Shown here in pieces: positions 9,942 to 19,800 of a stretch of 64,000 nucleotides of DNA. This DNA comes from a virus. Its lineage: Duplodnaviria > Caudoviricetes. The DNA lies in IMG/VR virus record IMGVR_UViG_3300037400_003376, positions 130 through 64,129 of that record. One strand, written 5' to 3'. The translations under genes and the position numbers were made by a program. The notes beneath the pieces were generated by a model, which was not told the DNA's origin, did not search any database, and saw only the letters and a program-made list of their open reading frames with translations. Each line of letters opens with the position of its first letter. Within the stretch, counting starts at the first letter, position 1.

Positions 9942-10439
9942 ATGAAAAAATTTTTTTTAGTCATTTGTTTATGTTGTTTATGTTATGAGTCTGTTATTGC
10001 AGAACTACATGAGTACATTTCAGACACTGGAGACATTTTTTATTACTCAACAAGTCCGACGAGTGATAATGAATCTAATTTAGTTTGTTCACAAATTATA
10101 GACGTTAGTGTTGCGACAAAAAGCCAGAACTATTCAAAAGAAGAGGCATTGTATATTGCAAAAGAGGAATATAAGGAGTTAATATATGAGTTATATTTAA
10201 AAAATAAGGATTACATGTGGGATAATTTTGCCCAATATCGTTATACGTTTAATGATGCGTTTGAAATGATATATAAATTGTCTTACGTGATGACTTATTA
10301 CGGATTTGATAATAATGTTTGTGAAGTTTATATTAAATTAGACATACCAAATATTATATCGACAAATAATGGTAGAAAAAAACTCGCAAGATATCCATAT
10401 ATTTTAGGATATGTTTATAAAGGAGAAATAAAAAATTAA
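9942..10439 (+). CDS. Hypothetical exported protein
   Basis: Signal-peptide-like N-terminus MKKFFLVICLCCLCYESVIA. Confidence 0.7.
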   Translation: MKKFFLVICLCCLCYESVIAELHEYISDTGDIFYYSTSPTSDNESNLVCSQIIDVSVATKSQNYSKEEALYIAKEEYKELIYELYLKNKDYMWDNFAQYRYTFNDAFEMIYKLSYVMTYYGFDNNVCEVYIKLDIPNIISTNNGRKKLARYPYILGYVYKGEIKN

Positions 10440-10445
10440 TTATAT

Positions 10446-10646
10446 ATGTTTTTTTGTTTAATAATAGCCCTATTATCGACGCTTATTTGGATAAACGTCA
10501 TGTATGCAGAACATATTAATGCCAAGGTCAATCCTTATCAGAAGACGAATGAGGATATGAAGAATGATGAGCGCAGGGGTGTTTTAAAAACGTCGCTAGT
10601 AATAATAATGTCCATTTCGTGGGCAACTGTAATATATTGTTGGTAA
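10446..10646 (+). CDS. Small two-TM membrane protein
   Basis: Two hydrophobic segments; lies in the operon. Confidence 0.65.
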   Translation: MFFCLIIALLSTLIWINVMYAEHINAKVNPYQKTNEDMKNDERRGVLKTSLVIIMSISWATVIYCW

Positions 10647-10649
10647 TTT

Positions 10650-11402
10650 ATGGAAAGTAACAGACACTTCACACTTGTCGTAATTGGGGATAACCCAGAA
10701 GAATTGGTAAAACCTTATGATAATAACATAAAGGTGGAGCCTTACAAAGTTTACGAATTTGCAAAAGCAAAGGAATATCGTGAACAATACATCACATTTT
10801 ATGAGTCTTTGTTGAAGAGTAAAAAATTGACGGATTCCGAGAGAGAATCAATTAATAACGCTCTTGAATATTATCATTCACTTGATGATATTGATTTCTA
10901 TTTAGAGTTAACTAGTGGAAACGAATTAGACCCAGAAACTGGTGATTTAATGTCAGATCAAAATCCTAATGGGAAGTATGATACCTGTCACATTGGTAAA
11001 AACTTGTCAATGCCTTTGATCAATAAAAACGGAGAAGAGGTATTTTCAGCAAGGAAGAAGGACATAGATTGGGATAAAATACATTTAGCCAATAAAGAGG
11101 TGTATGAGAGAACCTGGGAGATGATAATGGAAGGTGATAAACCGAAAACAGATGATGAGAAGACTATTTATGAAAACATGAGAAATAGAACCGCTTATTT
11201 CGAGTTCTTCGGCACAAAAGATAGATATGTTTTAAACTCTACGGCATTTTGGGGCTATGCTGTACTTGATCAAAAAAATGGGTGGCGAGAATTGGAGGAT
11301 AATATGTCTCAAATTGATTGGGTTGCTAATTTCTATGATAACTTCATAAAAAAATTGCCAGAAAAAACTTTGATTTCAATATACGAGTGTTTTAGAAAAT
11401 AA
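10650..11402 (+). CDS. Hypothetical protein (250 aa)
   Basis: Long ORF; no recognised motif. Confidence 0.8.
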   Translation: MESNRHFTLVVIGDNPEELVKPYDNNIKVEPYKVYEFAKAKEYREQYITFYESLLKSKKLTDSERESINNALEYYHSLDDIDFYLELTSGNELDPETGDLMSDQNPNGKYDTCHIGKNLSMPLINKNGEEVFSARKKDIDWDKIHLANKEVYERTWEMIMEGDKPKTDDEKTIYENMRNRTAYFEFFGTKDRYVLNSTAFWGYAVLDQKNGWRELEDNMSQIDWVANFYDNFIKKLPEKTLISIYECFRK

Positions 11403-11405
11403 TTG

Positions 11406-11413
11406 TATATTTG
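11406..11413 (+). promoter_or_regulatory. Bacteroidota -7 element TATATTTG upstream of ssb
   Basis: Exact TAnnTTTG match in the intergenic gap. Confidence 0.6.
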
Positions 11414-11455
11414 GATAAGAAATAGATGTTTAACAAATAAATAAAATTTTAACGT

Positions 11456-11890
11456 ATGAATAAATTCCTTATTGAGGGGCGCCTCGGAAAAGACGCAGAG
11501 GTTAGAGAGTCTAACGGTAGTAAATTTTTATCATTGACAGTTGCTGAAAATCAATTTGTTGACAAAGAGAAGAAAACTTTTTGGTATGATGTAATTTGTT
11601 TTAATTACAACGAGAAACTTGTTCAATATTATAAGAAAGGTTCTGTATTATTTATTACTGGAAGCCTTACTACTGATGTTGAAACAGGTAAAGATGGCGT
11701 AACGCGTTGTCGCCGTAAAATTGTGGCAGATGCGCTTGATTTTTTATCAGGAGGAAAGTCTGATAGTAACGAGACTGCTGCGCAGACTGAAACTCAACAG
11801 CAAGCAAATAGTAAAAAAGAGAAGGCCGTAGAACCTATTCAAACAACTGCAGTTCCTACGGATACAGACAATTCCGATCTTCCTTTCTAA
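11456..11890 (+). CDS. ssb: Single-stranded DNA-binding protein
   Basis: OB fold (IEGRLGKDAE, KKGSVLFITGSL) and an acidic tail DNSDLPF. Confidence 0.93.
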   Translation: MNKFLIEGRLGKDAEVRESNGSKFLSLTVAENQFVDKEKKTFWYDVICFNYNEKLVQYYKKGSVLFITGSLTTDVETGKDGVTRCRRKIVADALDFLSGGKSDSNETAAQTETQQQANSKKEKAVEPIQTTAVPTDTDNSDLPF

Positions 11891-11937
11891 TAGAATAATC
11901 AGGAACCATATTTTCATACTAGTATTTTATAATAGAG

Positions 11938-13050
11938 ATGATGGACAATAACAAGGTTGATTATTATGAAGTGCTTGGCATCACTGATGAGGAAAAAAAA
12001 CTCACAGGTGATGCATTTGCTGATGTGGTCAAGAAGAAGTACAAGCGTCTTGCTGTTAAATATCACCCAGACAAATGGGTAAATGGTACCGAACAGGAGA
12101 AAAAAGAGGCTGAAGAGAAGTTTAAACAGATCAACGAAGCCAATATGGTATTATCAGACCCACAGAAAAGGGAAAGATACGACCTTGGAGATACTAGCGG
12201 ATTTGACTTCCCAGACTTTAGCAATTTTAATCCGTTTGGGGACATGGATATTGATGACTTTGGTCCATTCGGCCATGGATTTAGTTTCTTTGGAAATAGA
12301 GGCCAAAGAAAACAAGTTGAACGAGGCCAGGATGTACAAGTAGATGTCTATGTGACATTAGAGGAAATTCTAAATGGAGGTTCTAAAGATGTTAGATATC
12401 AGAAAAATATTTCATGTAGTCATTGTAACGGTACTGGTTCTAGCGATGGAAAAGAACACGTTTGTGAACATTGTCACGGAACTGGCAGAATAACTCAAAC
12501 AACAAGACGCGGCAATATGGTTATGCAAAATATAAGTGCGTGCCCATATTGTGGCGGAACTGGTAAGGGCGGAGGAACAGTAGATAGATGTAAGTACTGT
12601 GGTGGTTCTGGAGTAGAAACAGTATATGAAACCACAAGAATTAACATTCCATATGGTATTTTTGACAATGCGGCAATTAAAATAGACGGAAAGGGATGCG
12701 AACCAAGAACAAAAGGCGGAGTCAACGGCGACATGATTGTTGTATTCCACGAACTGCCACACAGTACATTTAAGCGAGATGGCAATAACTTATTAATGGA
12801 TTTGGAACTCGATCTTGACGAGGCATTATGTGGTTGTGAAAAGGAAATTAAAACGCTCGATGGTCATAAAGTAAAGATGCAAGTACCTCAATTAACAGAA
12901 TACGGAAAAGTATTCAGGTTAGCAGGAAAGGGCATCCCATATGCAAGAACAAATTCCACTGGAGATCTATATGTAACCATTAAGTATAAGAAATTGAATA
13001 GTATTACAGAAAAACAGAAAAAATTAATTAAAGAGTTTTATGGTAGATAA
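11938..13050 (+). CDS. dnaJ: Molecular chaperone DnaJ (type I)
   Basis: J domain with HPD, a G/F-rich region, four CxxCxGxG repeats and a C-terminal GDLYV. Confidence 0.96.
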   Translation: MMDNNKVDYYEVLGITDEEKKLTGDAFADVVKKKYKRLAVKYHPDKWVNGTEQEKKEAEEKFKQINEANMVLSDPQKRERYDLGDTSGFDFPDFSNFNPFGDMDIDDFGPFGHGFSFFGNRGQRKQVERGQDVQVDVYVTLEEILNGGSKDVRYQKNISCSHCNGTGSSDGKEHVCEHCHGTGRITQTTRRGNMVMQNISACPYCGGTGKGGGTVDRCKYCGGSGVETVYETTRINIPYGIFDNAAIKIDGKGCEPRTKGGVNGDMIVVFHELPHSTFKRDGNNLLMDLELDLDEALCGCEKEIKTLDGHKVKMQVPQLTEYGKVFRLAGKGIPYARTNSTGDLYVTIKYKKLNSITEKQKKLIKEFYGR

Positions 13051-13723
13051 AAATTTAATCAGCAATTTTAAGTCGTTTGCAAAAACACACGGAGTATCAG
13101 ATAAGGCTATTGATAACTTTGTTAGTAAAGTGAATAGTCAGTATATTAATCCAACAATCCTCGAAGAGCGTCAACTTAACGTGACACAAATGGACGTATT
13201 CTCTCGTTTGTTTATGGAACGTATTTTGTTCCTCGGAGGAGAAGTAACAAGTGACGTAGCAAACATCCTAGTATGTCAATTGCTTTATCTTGAAATGATT
13301 GACTCAACGGCACCAATAACCATGTATATCAACAGTCCTGGAGGAAGCGTATACGACGGATTGGCCATTTATGATACAATGCAGTATGTATCTTGCCCTA
13401 TCACAACTATTTGCACTGGCATGGCTGCAAGTATGGCAAGCATTCTTCTTTGTGCAGGAGAAAAGGGGAATAGATATGCATTACCTCATAGTCGAGTAAT
13501 GATTCATCAGCCGATGGGCGGCGTGTCTGGCCAGGCAAGTGATATTGAAATCACAGCGAAAGAGATTCTTAAGTTAAAGGATGAACTTTTCCAAATTATT
13601 GCAGATCATTCTGGGAAAACACTTGAAGAAGTACGCCAAGATGGGGATCGAGACCACTGGATGACAGCACAAGAGTCCTTAGAGTACGGAATGATAGATG
13701 AAATTGTAGTCAAAAAGCGTTAA
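13040..13723 (+). CDS. clpP: ATP-dependent Clp protease proteolytic subunit
   Basis: YINSPGGSV; catalytic Ser in GMAASM, His in MIHQP and Asp in DRDHWM. Confidence 0.96.
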   Translation: MVDKNLISNFKSFAKTHGVSDKAIDNFVSKVNSQYINPTILEERQLNVTQMDVFSRLFMERILFLGGEVTSDVANILVCQLLYLEMIDSTAPITMYINSPGGSVYDGLAIYDTMQYVSCPITTICTGMAASMASILLCAGEKGNRYALPHSRVMIHQPMGGVSGQASDIEITAKEILKLKDELFQIIADHSGKTLEEVRQDGDRDHWMTAQESLEYGMIDEIVVKKR

Positions 13724-13746
13724 ATAATATAAGTTTTTTGATAATT

Positions 13747-13780
13747 AACAGGAGATAGTTTAACTATCTCTTGTTTTTTT
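13747..13780 (+). terminator. Rho-independent terminator
   Basis: AACAGGAGATAG / CTATCTCTTGTT stem followed by a T-run. Confidence 0.85.
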
Positions 13781-13825
13781 GTGTATATTCTTTATATTTT
13801 AGGTAGTAAAAATTATGTCTTTTTG

Positions 13826-13833
13826 TATTTATA
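13826..13833 (+). promoter_or_regulatory. Putative late promoter TATTTATA at the start of the baseplate module
   Basis: The same octamer recurs 15-40 nt upstream of several other probable late genes. Confidence 0.55.
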
Positions 13834-13856
13834 ATTAGATAATAACACTATAAATT

Positions 13857-14249
13857 ATGGCACAAATAAAACAATATTTTGATATCAAATTTCCGTTTAC
13901 GTCTAACAACGTAGAAGGATTTTTTATAGATCTTAATGAAACAATCAGTGATAAAGTATTAAGTGAAATATTACATGTAGTATTAACACAAAAGGGGACC
14001 CGCCTAAGAATGCCAGATTTTGGCACGGATTTAATTCGTTATATATTTGAAATGAACGATGAGAAGGAATGGGTAAGAGTAAAAGGTGAAATAAAGGAAT
14101 GTGTTTCAAAGTATGTACCAAGAGTAATCATTAACGATGTTCGAGTGTTAATGGACGAAGGCAAAGATAATACTATTTTACTTGATTTGGATTATAGTGT
14201 TAAGGCTGGATTAGCAGAAGAAAATAACAGAGTAGTAGTTAAATTATAA
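13857..14249 (+). CDS. Baseplate protein, T4 gp25-like
   Basis: LTQKGTRLRMPDFGTDL..YIFE and CVSKYVPRV match the GPW/gp25 pattern. Confidence 0.88.
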   Translation: MAQIKQYFDIKFPFTSNNVEGFFIDLNETISDKVLSEILHVVLTQKGTRLRMPDFGTDLIRYIFEMNDEKEWVRVKGEIKECVSKYVPRVIINDVRVLMDEGKDNTILLDLDYSVKAGLAEENNRVVVKL

Positions 14250-14257
14250 TACAAGAT

Positions 14258-16267
14258 ATGTCAGAGAAAAAAATATCATACATAGACAGAACGTTTGAGG
14301 ATTATAGAAATTCTCTATTAAATTATGTAAAAACATATTATCCACAACTATCAGATAGTTTTGATGATGCAACTATTGGAAGTTGGTTAATTGATTTAGC
14401 TGCAGCAATTGGCGATAACTTATCCTATCACACAGACCGCGTATATAATGAAACAAATATCGATTCTGCAACACAGCGTTCTTCAATTATGAATATTGCC
14501 AGAACAAACGGTTTTAAGGTTCCAGGGCCAAAAGCCTCTATTGCTGAAGTAAAATTTTCTTGTTATTTGCCAGTTGCAACAGACTATGAAAATCCATCAT
14601 CAACAGTTGGTATGCCAAACTGGGCATATGCGCCAGTTATTAAGAAGGGCACAAAATTAACATCTGGTTCTCAGTTCTTTGAAGTTATGGCCGATATTGA
14701 TTTCAATGAACAATTTGATGAAAATGGGGTCAGTGATAGAAATATTTTCCCGCAAATAGATTCAAATGGGACAATTAAGTCTTATAGAGTTGAAAAGTTA
14801 ACAACGGTGCAGGCTGGCGAAACACGTGTTTATAAACAAGTTATTAATGCTAGTGACATAAGGCCGTTTATGGAGGTAATTATCCCAGATAATGGTGTAA
14901 TGAATGTCGAGAGTATTATTTTCAAAGACGGTGTTAGTTATAATTCAGACCCATCTATGGCAGAGTTTATGAATCAAAATGAATATGTACCAGCATCAGA
15001 TTCTCCTTCCAGAGTGGACACATATCGTTTCTTTGAAGTTAATTCATTAACAGAACAATATAGATGGGGAGACGGCATTAGTAATACAATCGCTGGCAAT
15101 CAAAGTAATGCACCTGCAGTAACTTACACTTATGGTTATTACGATCAACTAAATAACGCTACAGTTCCAACTGCTGCTGTTACAAAGGGAGAATGGATTC
15201 CATTAACTCAAAAATTCATAACAGAATATACAGATAATGGCTATTTAAAAATCATATTCGGTAGTGGAGAGGCTGCTGGCCAGCAAGTGTCATTTAATGA
15301 TTGCACAGATTTCTCAAAATATCAAATTACAAAAATGATTAGAAATAATTTTATGGGGAAATTGCCACAGGCTGGATGGACGATGTATATTCAATATCGA
15401 GTAGGTGGCGGTGCCGCATCAAATGTTGCAAAGGGAAGAATTAATAGTTTTGCATTCTTAAATATGGAAGTCGGTAAGTGTATTTCTTCTCCATTAGATA
15501 CAAAAATAATCGCCGCAGTAAGAGATAGTTTGAAGTGTGAAAACACGACACCATCTATTTCTGGTAAAGATGCACCAAGTGTTGAAGAAATCAAAAATAT
15601 GATTAAATATAACAATGGGGCACAAGAACGTTGTGTTACACTAAAGGATTATATTAATAGAATTATGATGATGCCTCCTAGATATGGTTGCCCGTTCAGA
15701 ATTGGTGCTATTGAGGAAAATAATAAGGTAATGATTTATCTATTAGGTATAAATAACGATGGAAAGTTGAGCAGTGATATGCCAGCACAATTGTTGAAAA
15801 ATATTGAAAATTACTTATCTATGTACAGAACAATCAATGACTTTGTTGAAATAAAGAGTGGCCGAATTGTAAATATTTCATTTGAATTAGATATATATGT
15901 TGATAAAAACTATAATGCAAGCGATGTGATGAGAACGGTAATCAACAAGATTAAAGACTACATGGATATTAATAAGCACGAACTCGGAGAGGATATATAT
16001 GTATCAGACATAGAAAAAGAAGTATTAAAGACAGACGGTGTACTTAATATTACCGATTTAAAAATTTATAATGAACATGGCCCAAATTATTCACCAGTAA
16101 GATGTACTCAAGAAATAGTTGACACTTATGGCGATGATGAACAGGAAAGTGACAGAGATGAAATAGATTTGGACGTATCTGACTATACACTAGTAAGTGA
16201 TTCAGATGAAATGTTCGAGATTAAGTATCCAGAGCAAGATATCAAGTTAAGAGTAAAATTAAGATAA
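14258..16267 (+). CDS. Baseplate wedge subunit (T4 gp6 / baseplate J-like)
   Basis: YIDRTFEDYRNSL, D.LSYHTD, YRVGGG, QERCVTLKDY; directly follows the gp25-like gene. Confidence 0.85.
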   Translation: MSEKKISYIDRTFEDYRNSLLNYVKTYYPQLSDSFDDATIGSWLIDLAAAIGDNLSYHTDRVYNETNIDSATQRSSIMNIARTNGFKVPGPKASIAEVKFSCYLPVATDYENPSSTVGMPNWAYAPVIKKGTKLTSGSQFFEVMADIDFNEQFDENGVSDRNIFPQIDSNGTIKSYRVEKLTTVQAGETRVYKQVINASDIRPFMEVIIPDNGVMNVESIIFKDGVSYNSDPSMAEFMNQNEYVPASDSPSRVDTYRFFEVNSLTEQYRWGDGISNTIAGNQSNAPAVTYTYGYYDQLNNATVPTAAVTKGEWIPLTQKFITEYTDNGYLKIIFGSGEAAGQQVSFNDCTDFSKYQITKMIRNNFMGKLPQAGWTMYIQYRVGGGAASNVAKGRINSFAFLNMEVGKCISSPLDTKIIAAVRDSLKCENTTPSISGKDAPSVEEIKNMIKYNNGAQERCVTLKDYINRIMMMPPRYGCPFRIGAIEENNKVMIYLLGINNDGKLSSDMPAQLLKNIENYLSMYRTINDFVEIKSGRIVNISFELDIYVDKNYNASDVMRTVINKIKDYMDINKHELGEDIYVSDIEKEVLKTDGVLNITDLKIYNEHGPNYSPVRCTQEIVDTYGDDEQESDRDEIDLDVSDYTLVSDSDEMFEIKYPEQDIKLRVKLR

Positions 16268-16268
16268 T

Positions 16269-16544
16269 ATGAAAAAATTTTTAATAGGGTTAAAGAACTT
16301 CTTTATACACTTCATTAGACGTATATTATATTTTTTAACTAAAATAATTGTTGCAATAATTTGTTTTATAATATACATAGTTACATTCGAGCCGAACTCT
16401 AGAAAAAAAGTAACAATGAGGAAGATAAAAAGAATAAGAAGATTAACGAAGGTTAAATTATTGATATGGAAAAATTTTGGTTGGTATTTTAGATTCATAC
16501 ACGACAATTACCTTGACTGTTTAGTAAATAGATTGGGAAAATAA
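16269..16544 (+). CDS. Small basic membrane protein
   Basis: One hydrophobic segment; starts 1 nt after the wedge stop. Confidence 0.5.
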   Translation: MKKFLIGLKNFFIHFIRRILYFLTKIIVAIICFIIYIVTFEPNSRKKVTMRKIKRIRRLTKVKLLIWKNFGWYFRFIHDNYLDCLVNRLGK

Positions 16545-16566
16545 GTAAATAAAAATTAACAAACAA

Positions 16567-16827
16567 ATGGCTTGTAATTGCGAAGCACAAAATGAAATAA
16601 ATAGGTTATATAAAGCCTATGGAGATAAATCTAAATTACCAGATAATCCAAGAATTGGTGACTATATAAAATTTTATGGAGGAAATATATTGGCATATAC
16701 ACTAGCGTTAATATGTTTCCCATTGTTAGTATTATACGTTCTAGCCATTCTATTCTGGAGAGAGGATGAAAAGTTGCACGTTAGCGACATTGATTTAATG
16801 AAGAAATTTACGTTTTTAAAGAGTTAA
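16567..16827 (+). CDS. Small membrane protein (MACNC...)
   Basis: N-terminal CxC and one TM segment. Confidence 0.65.
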   Translation: MACNCEAQNEINRLYKAYGDKSKLPDNPRIGDYIKFYGGNILAYTLALICFPLLVLYVLAILFWREDEKLHVSDIDLMKKFTFLKS

Positions 16828-16836
16828 TATATTGAT

Positions 16837-19800
16837 ATGTCAGAAAATAATAAATCATATAGAATAAGAACAAACGTAGGTAGTGAATATAACGGAGAGA
16901 TAAGATTTGATGTAAATCTCCTACAAGACTATGACGAATTTGAAATTTTGAGTTTGAAAATAGGGACAGAAAACCTATACAAATACCATACATCAAAATA
17001 TGGTTGTGTTGTTGGCCGCGTACTGGCAAATGGTGGTGTAGGTGTCCCAAATGTAAAAATATCATCATTCATACCAGTAGAAGATATTGATACTGCCGAT
17101 CCAGTATTCTCCTTCTTATATCCATATACTTCAACAAGAGATAAAAATAGAGACAATATTCGTTATAATTTATTAACTGACACAAAAATTGATGATTGCC
17201 ATCAACCAATCGGAACATTCCCAACTAAAAGATTAGTATTAGACGATAATAACGTAATTGAAATATACGACAAGTACTACAAGTTTACTACAACAACAAA
17301 CGGTTCTGGTGACTACATGCTATTCGGACTACCAGTAGGGAATAACATTATACATTCAGACTTAGATTTGTCCGATATTGGTATTTTAAGTCAAAAACCT
17401 CGTGACCTATTCTATAAAGGATACACAGCAAAACAATTCGAGAATGCAAGCCAATTTAAGAAAGACACTAACTTAGATAACCTAACACAAGTGATGTCGC
17501 AGGATTCTAGTGTATATGTTTTCCCATTCTGGGGCGATGAAAAAGAAAATGAGGGCCAAATTAAAATTGTACGTAATGATATTGACGTAAACTACAAGTT
17601 TGAACCAACATGTATCTTTATTGGCTGTATAGTTTCAGACGAGAAGAGTAATGCAATTAGTAAAAATTGCATTCCACACGAAAGAATGGGCAAAATGGAC
17701 CGACTAACGACTGGTGCTGGAACTATTGAAATGATACGAAAAACTATGTCTGGTGATATAGAGTCTATTACCATACAAGGAAATAACTTAATTGATGGAA
17801 ATGGTACTTGGTGTTATCAAATCCCAATGAACCTTGATTATGTTGCAACAGACGAATATGGAAATTTAGTACCTACAGATAACTATGATAAGGGATTGCC
17901 AACAAGAACAAGCGTAAGATTCAGAGTATCTTTAGCAGACTATGAAAGTGATTACGAAAATGCACACCTCGTAAAGGTATTAGTGCCTAACAATCCAGAT
18001 ATACAAACTAAAGAGGATAGTACAAAATTTATAGATTATGATTATGAGTTCGGTAGTGCAACACAGGATGAATCATTCCGCGATATGTTGTGGAATAACG
18101 TATATACTGTAAAATCATATATTCCTAGATTCCAAAAAGGAAATAGACAGAGAAACAAAAACTTCACTGGATTTAAGGCCGTTAATGTGAATGGTGCAAA
18201 TAACCCGATACCATATAATAATATGCGTATCAATTTGACATTCTTGTTTGTGTTCCAATGCTTGATTTTCAAATCACTTATTTTGATTGTTAAAACATTG
18301 AATAAGATTATATATGCACTTAATGAACTTAATTGTAATGGTGATTGTTGTGGATGTGGATTTACTTGCACTGGAGATGAAGGATTGGTATACTTAACTT
18401 TAGATGGAGGAATGTGCCCAACATTAGATGGAAATTTTATTGCCCCAGGTGCTGTAAATATTAATAGTTACCACATAATTGAACATACATATAAGAATGT
18501 ATATGGGGAGTCATATAAACTCAATGCAAATATAAGTGATACAACATTTAATAGAAACAAAGAAGGTGTTGATAGTGGCACTGCACTTCCAAACGACAAT
18601 AAGTCTGCTGATGGTAAAAATAGTGACTTAATACCAGATCCAATAACTGGAATTATTAATAAATCATATACACCAGATGATGTTCTAATTAATCAAAGTG
18701 GCGATACGAGCGAACAAATGAAAATTTTTAACAAAGAAGATTATTTTATAAAATGTGTGGAACTACAATTTGCAATGGAGTATGAAGTTATACAATTTGA
18801 TTTCTATAACGACTGGATTAATGGAATGATTTATATACCTAGATGGTTTGCCGAGATAAGGAAAAATAAAGATAATGCTTATTACTGTGGTGATACATTT
18901 AGGCGAAATAGGTTGTTGACACAACAATGCGCAATAGGTTATGACAATAAAACTAATATTCAAGAGAATTATGCTTTTGGATGCCGTAATAAAGAAAAAC
19001 AAAAATGTCACAAAAGATGGGGAAGAAGACAAATTCCTGTTTTCGGCAGAAATAGGGGTATAGTTACTGCACAAAAAAATTCAAGAGGCCAATATGCTTA
19101 TTATTTAAGGCCGAGTGAGTTGTTTCAAAGGGGTGACTATGCTTTTGTGAAAGCAAATTTGTTTTCAACAGACATTGTTCTATTAGGTTCTGTATTAGAC
19201 TGTAATCAATATGGTATACCAAATGTAAATGGTTATACATCGAGTAGTTATAGGATGCCGCCTCCTACGGCCGAAATAGTATCAGATACACAGGAAATGA
19301 TATTAGATGTGGATAATTTAACCTATAATGATGTTAAAAAATTTGCTTTGAATGAAGCGATCTCTATCGCCAATTCAAGCATAATGATTTATATTGGTGA
19401 AATTTTAAATAAAAAATATACCATAGAACAGTGTGATTATAATACAGAAGGAAGAGGGACATATTATTTAGAGACTGGATATTCTGCGATACCTCCTATC
19501 CCAGTGTCATGTAATCAAAAAAAAGAAGAAGACGTATCAATCCTCCGCAACATAGTAAACAAATATTATAATTCAGATGAAGAAATAACTATTAATAATC
19601 TTTTAAATAAGCAGATAGATGGTAATGGTATAATTGAATTTATCAACAAAAAGAGCGCGACCCCACTTGGATTAGATGTATATAATACATTTAAAATTGA
19701 TAATATTGATATAGAAGAATTAAACTATTCTGGTTTATCAGAAATAGTAGAAACACAACTAAAAATGGCATATGCACTAATACATAGAAAGATAAAAGGC

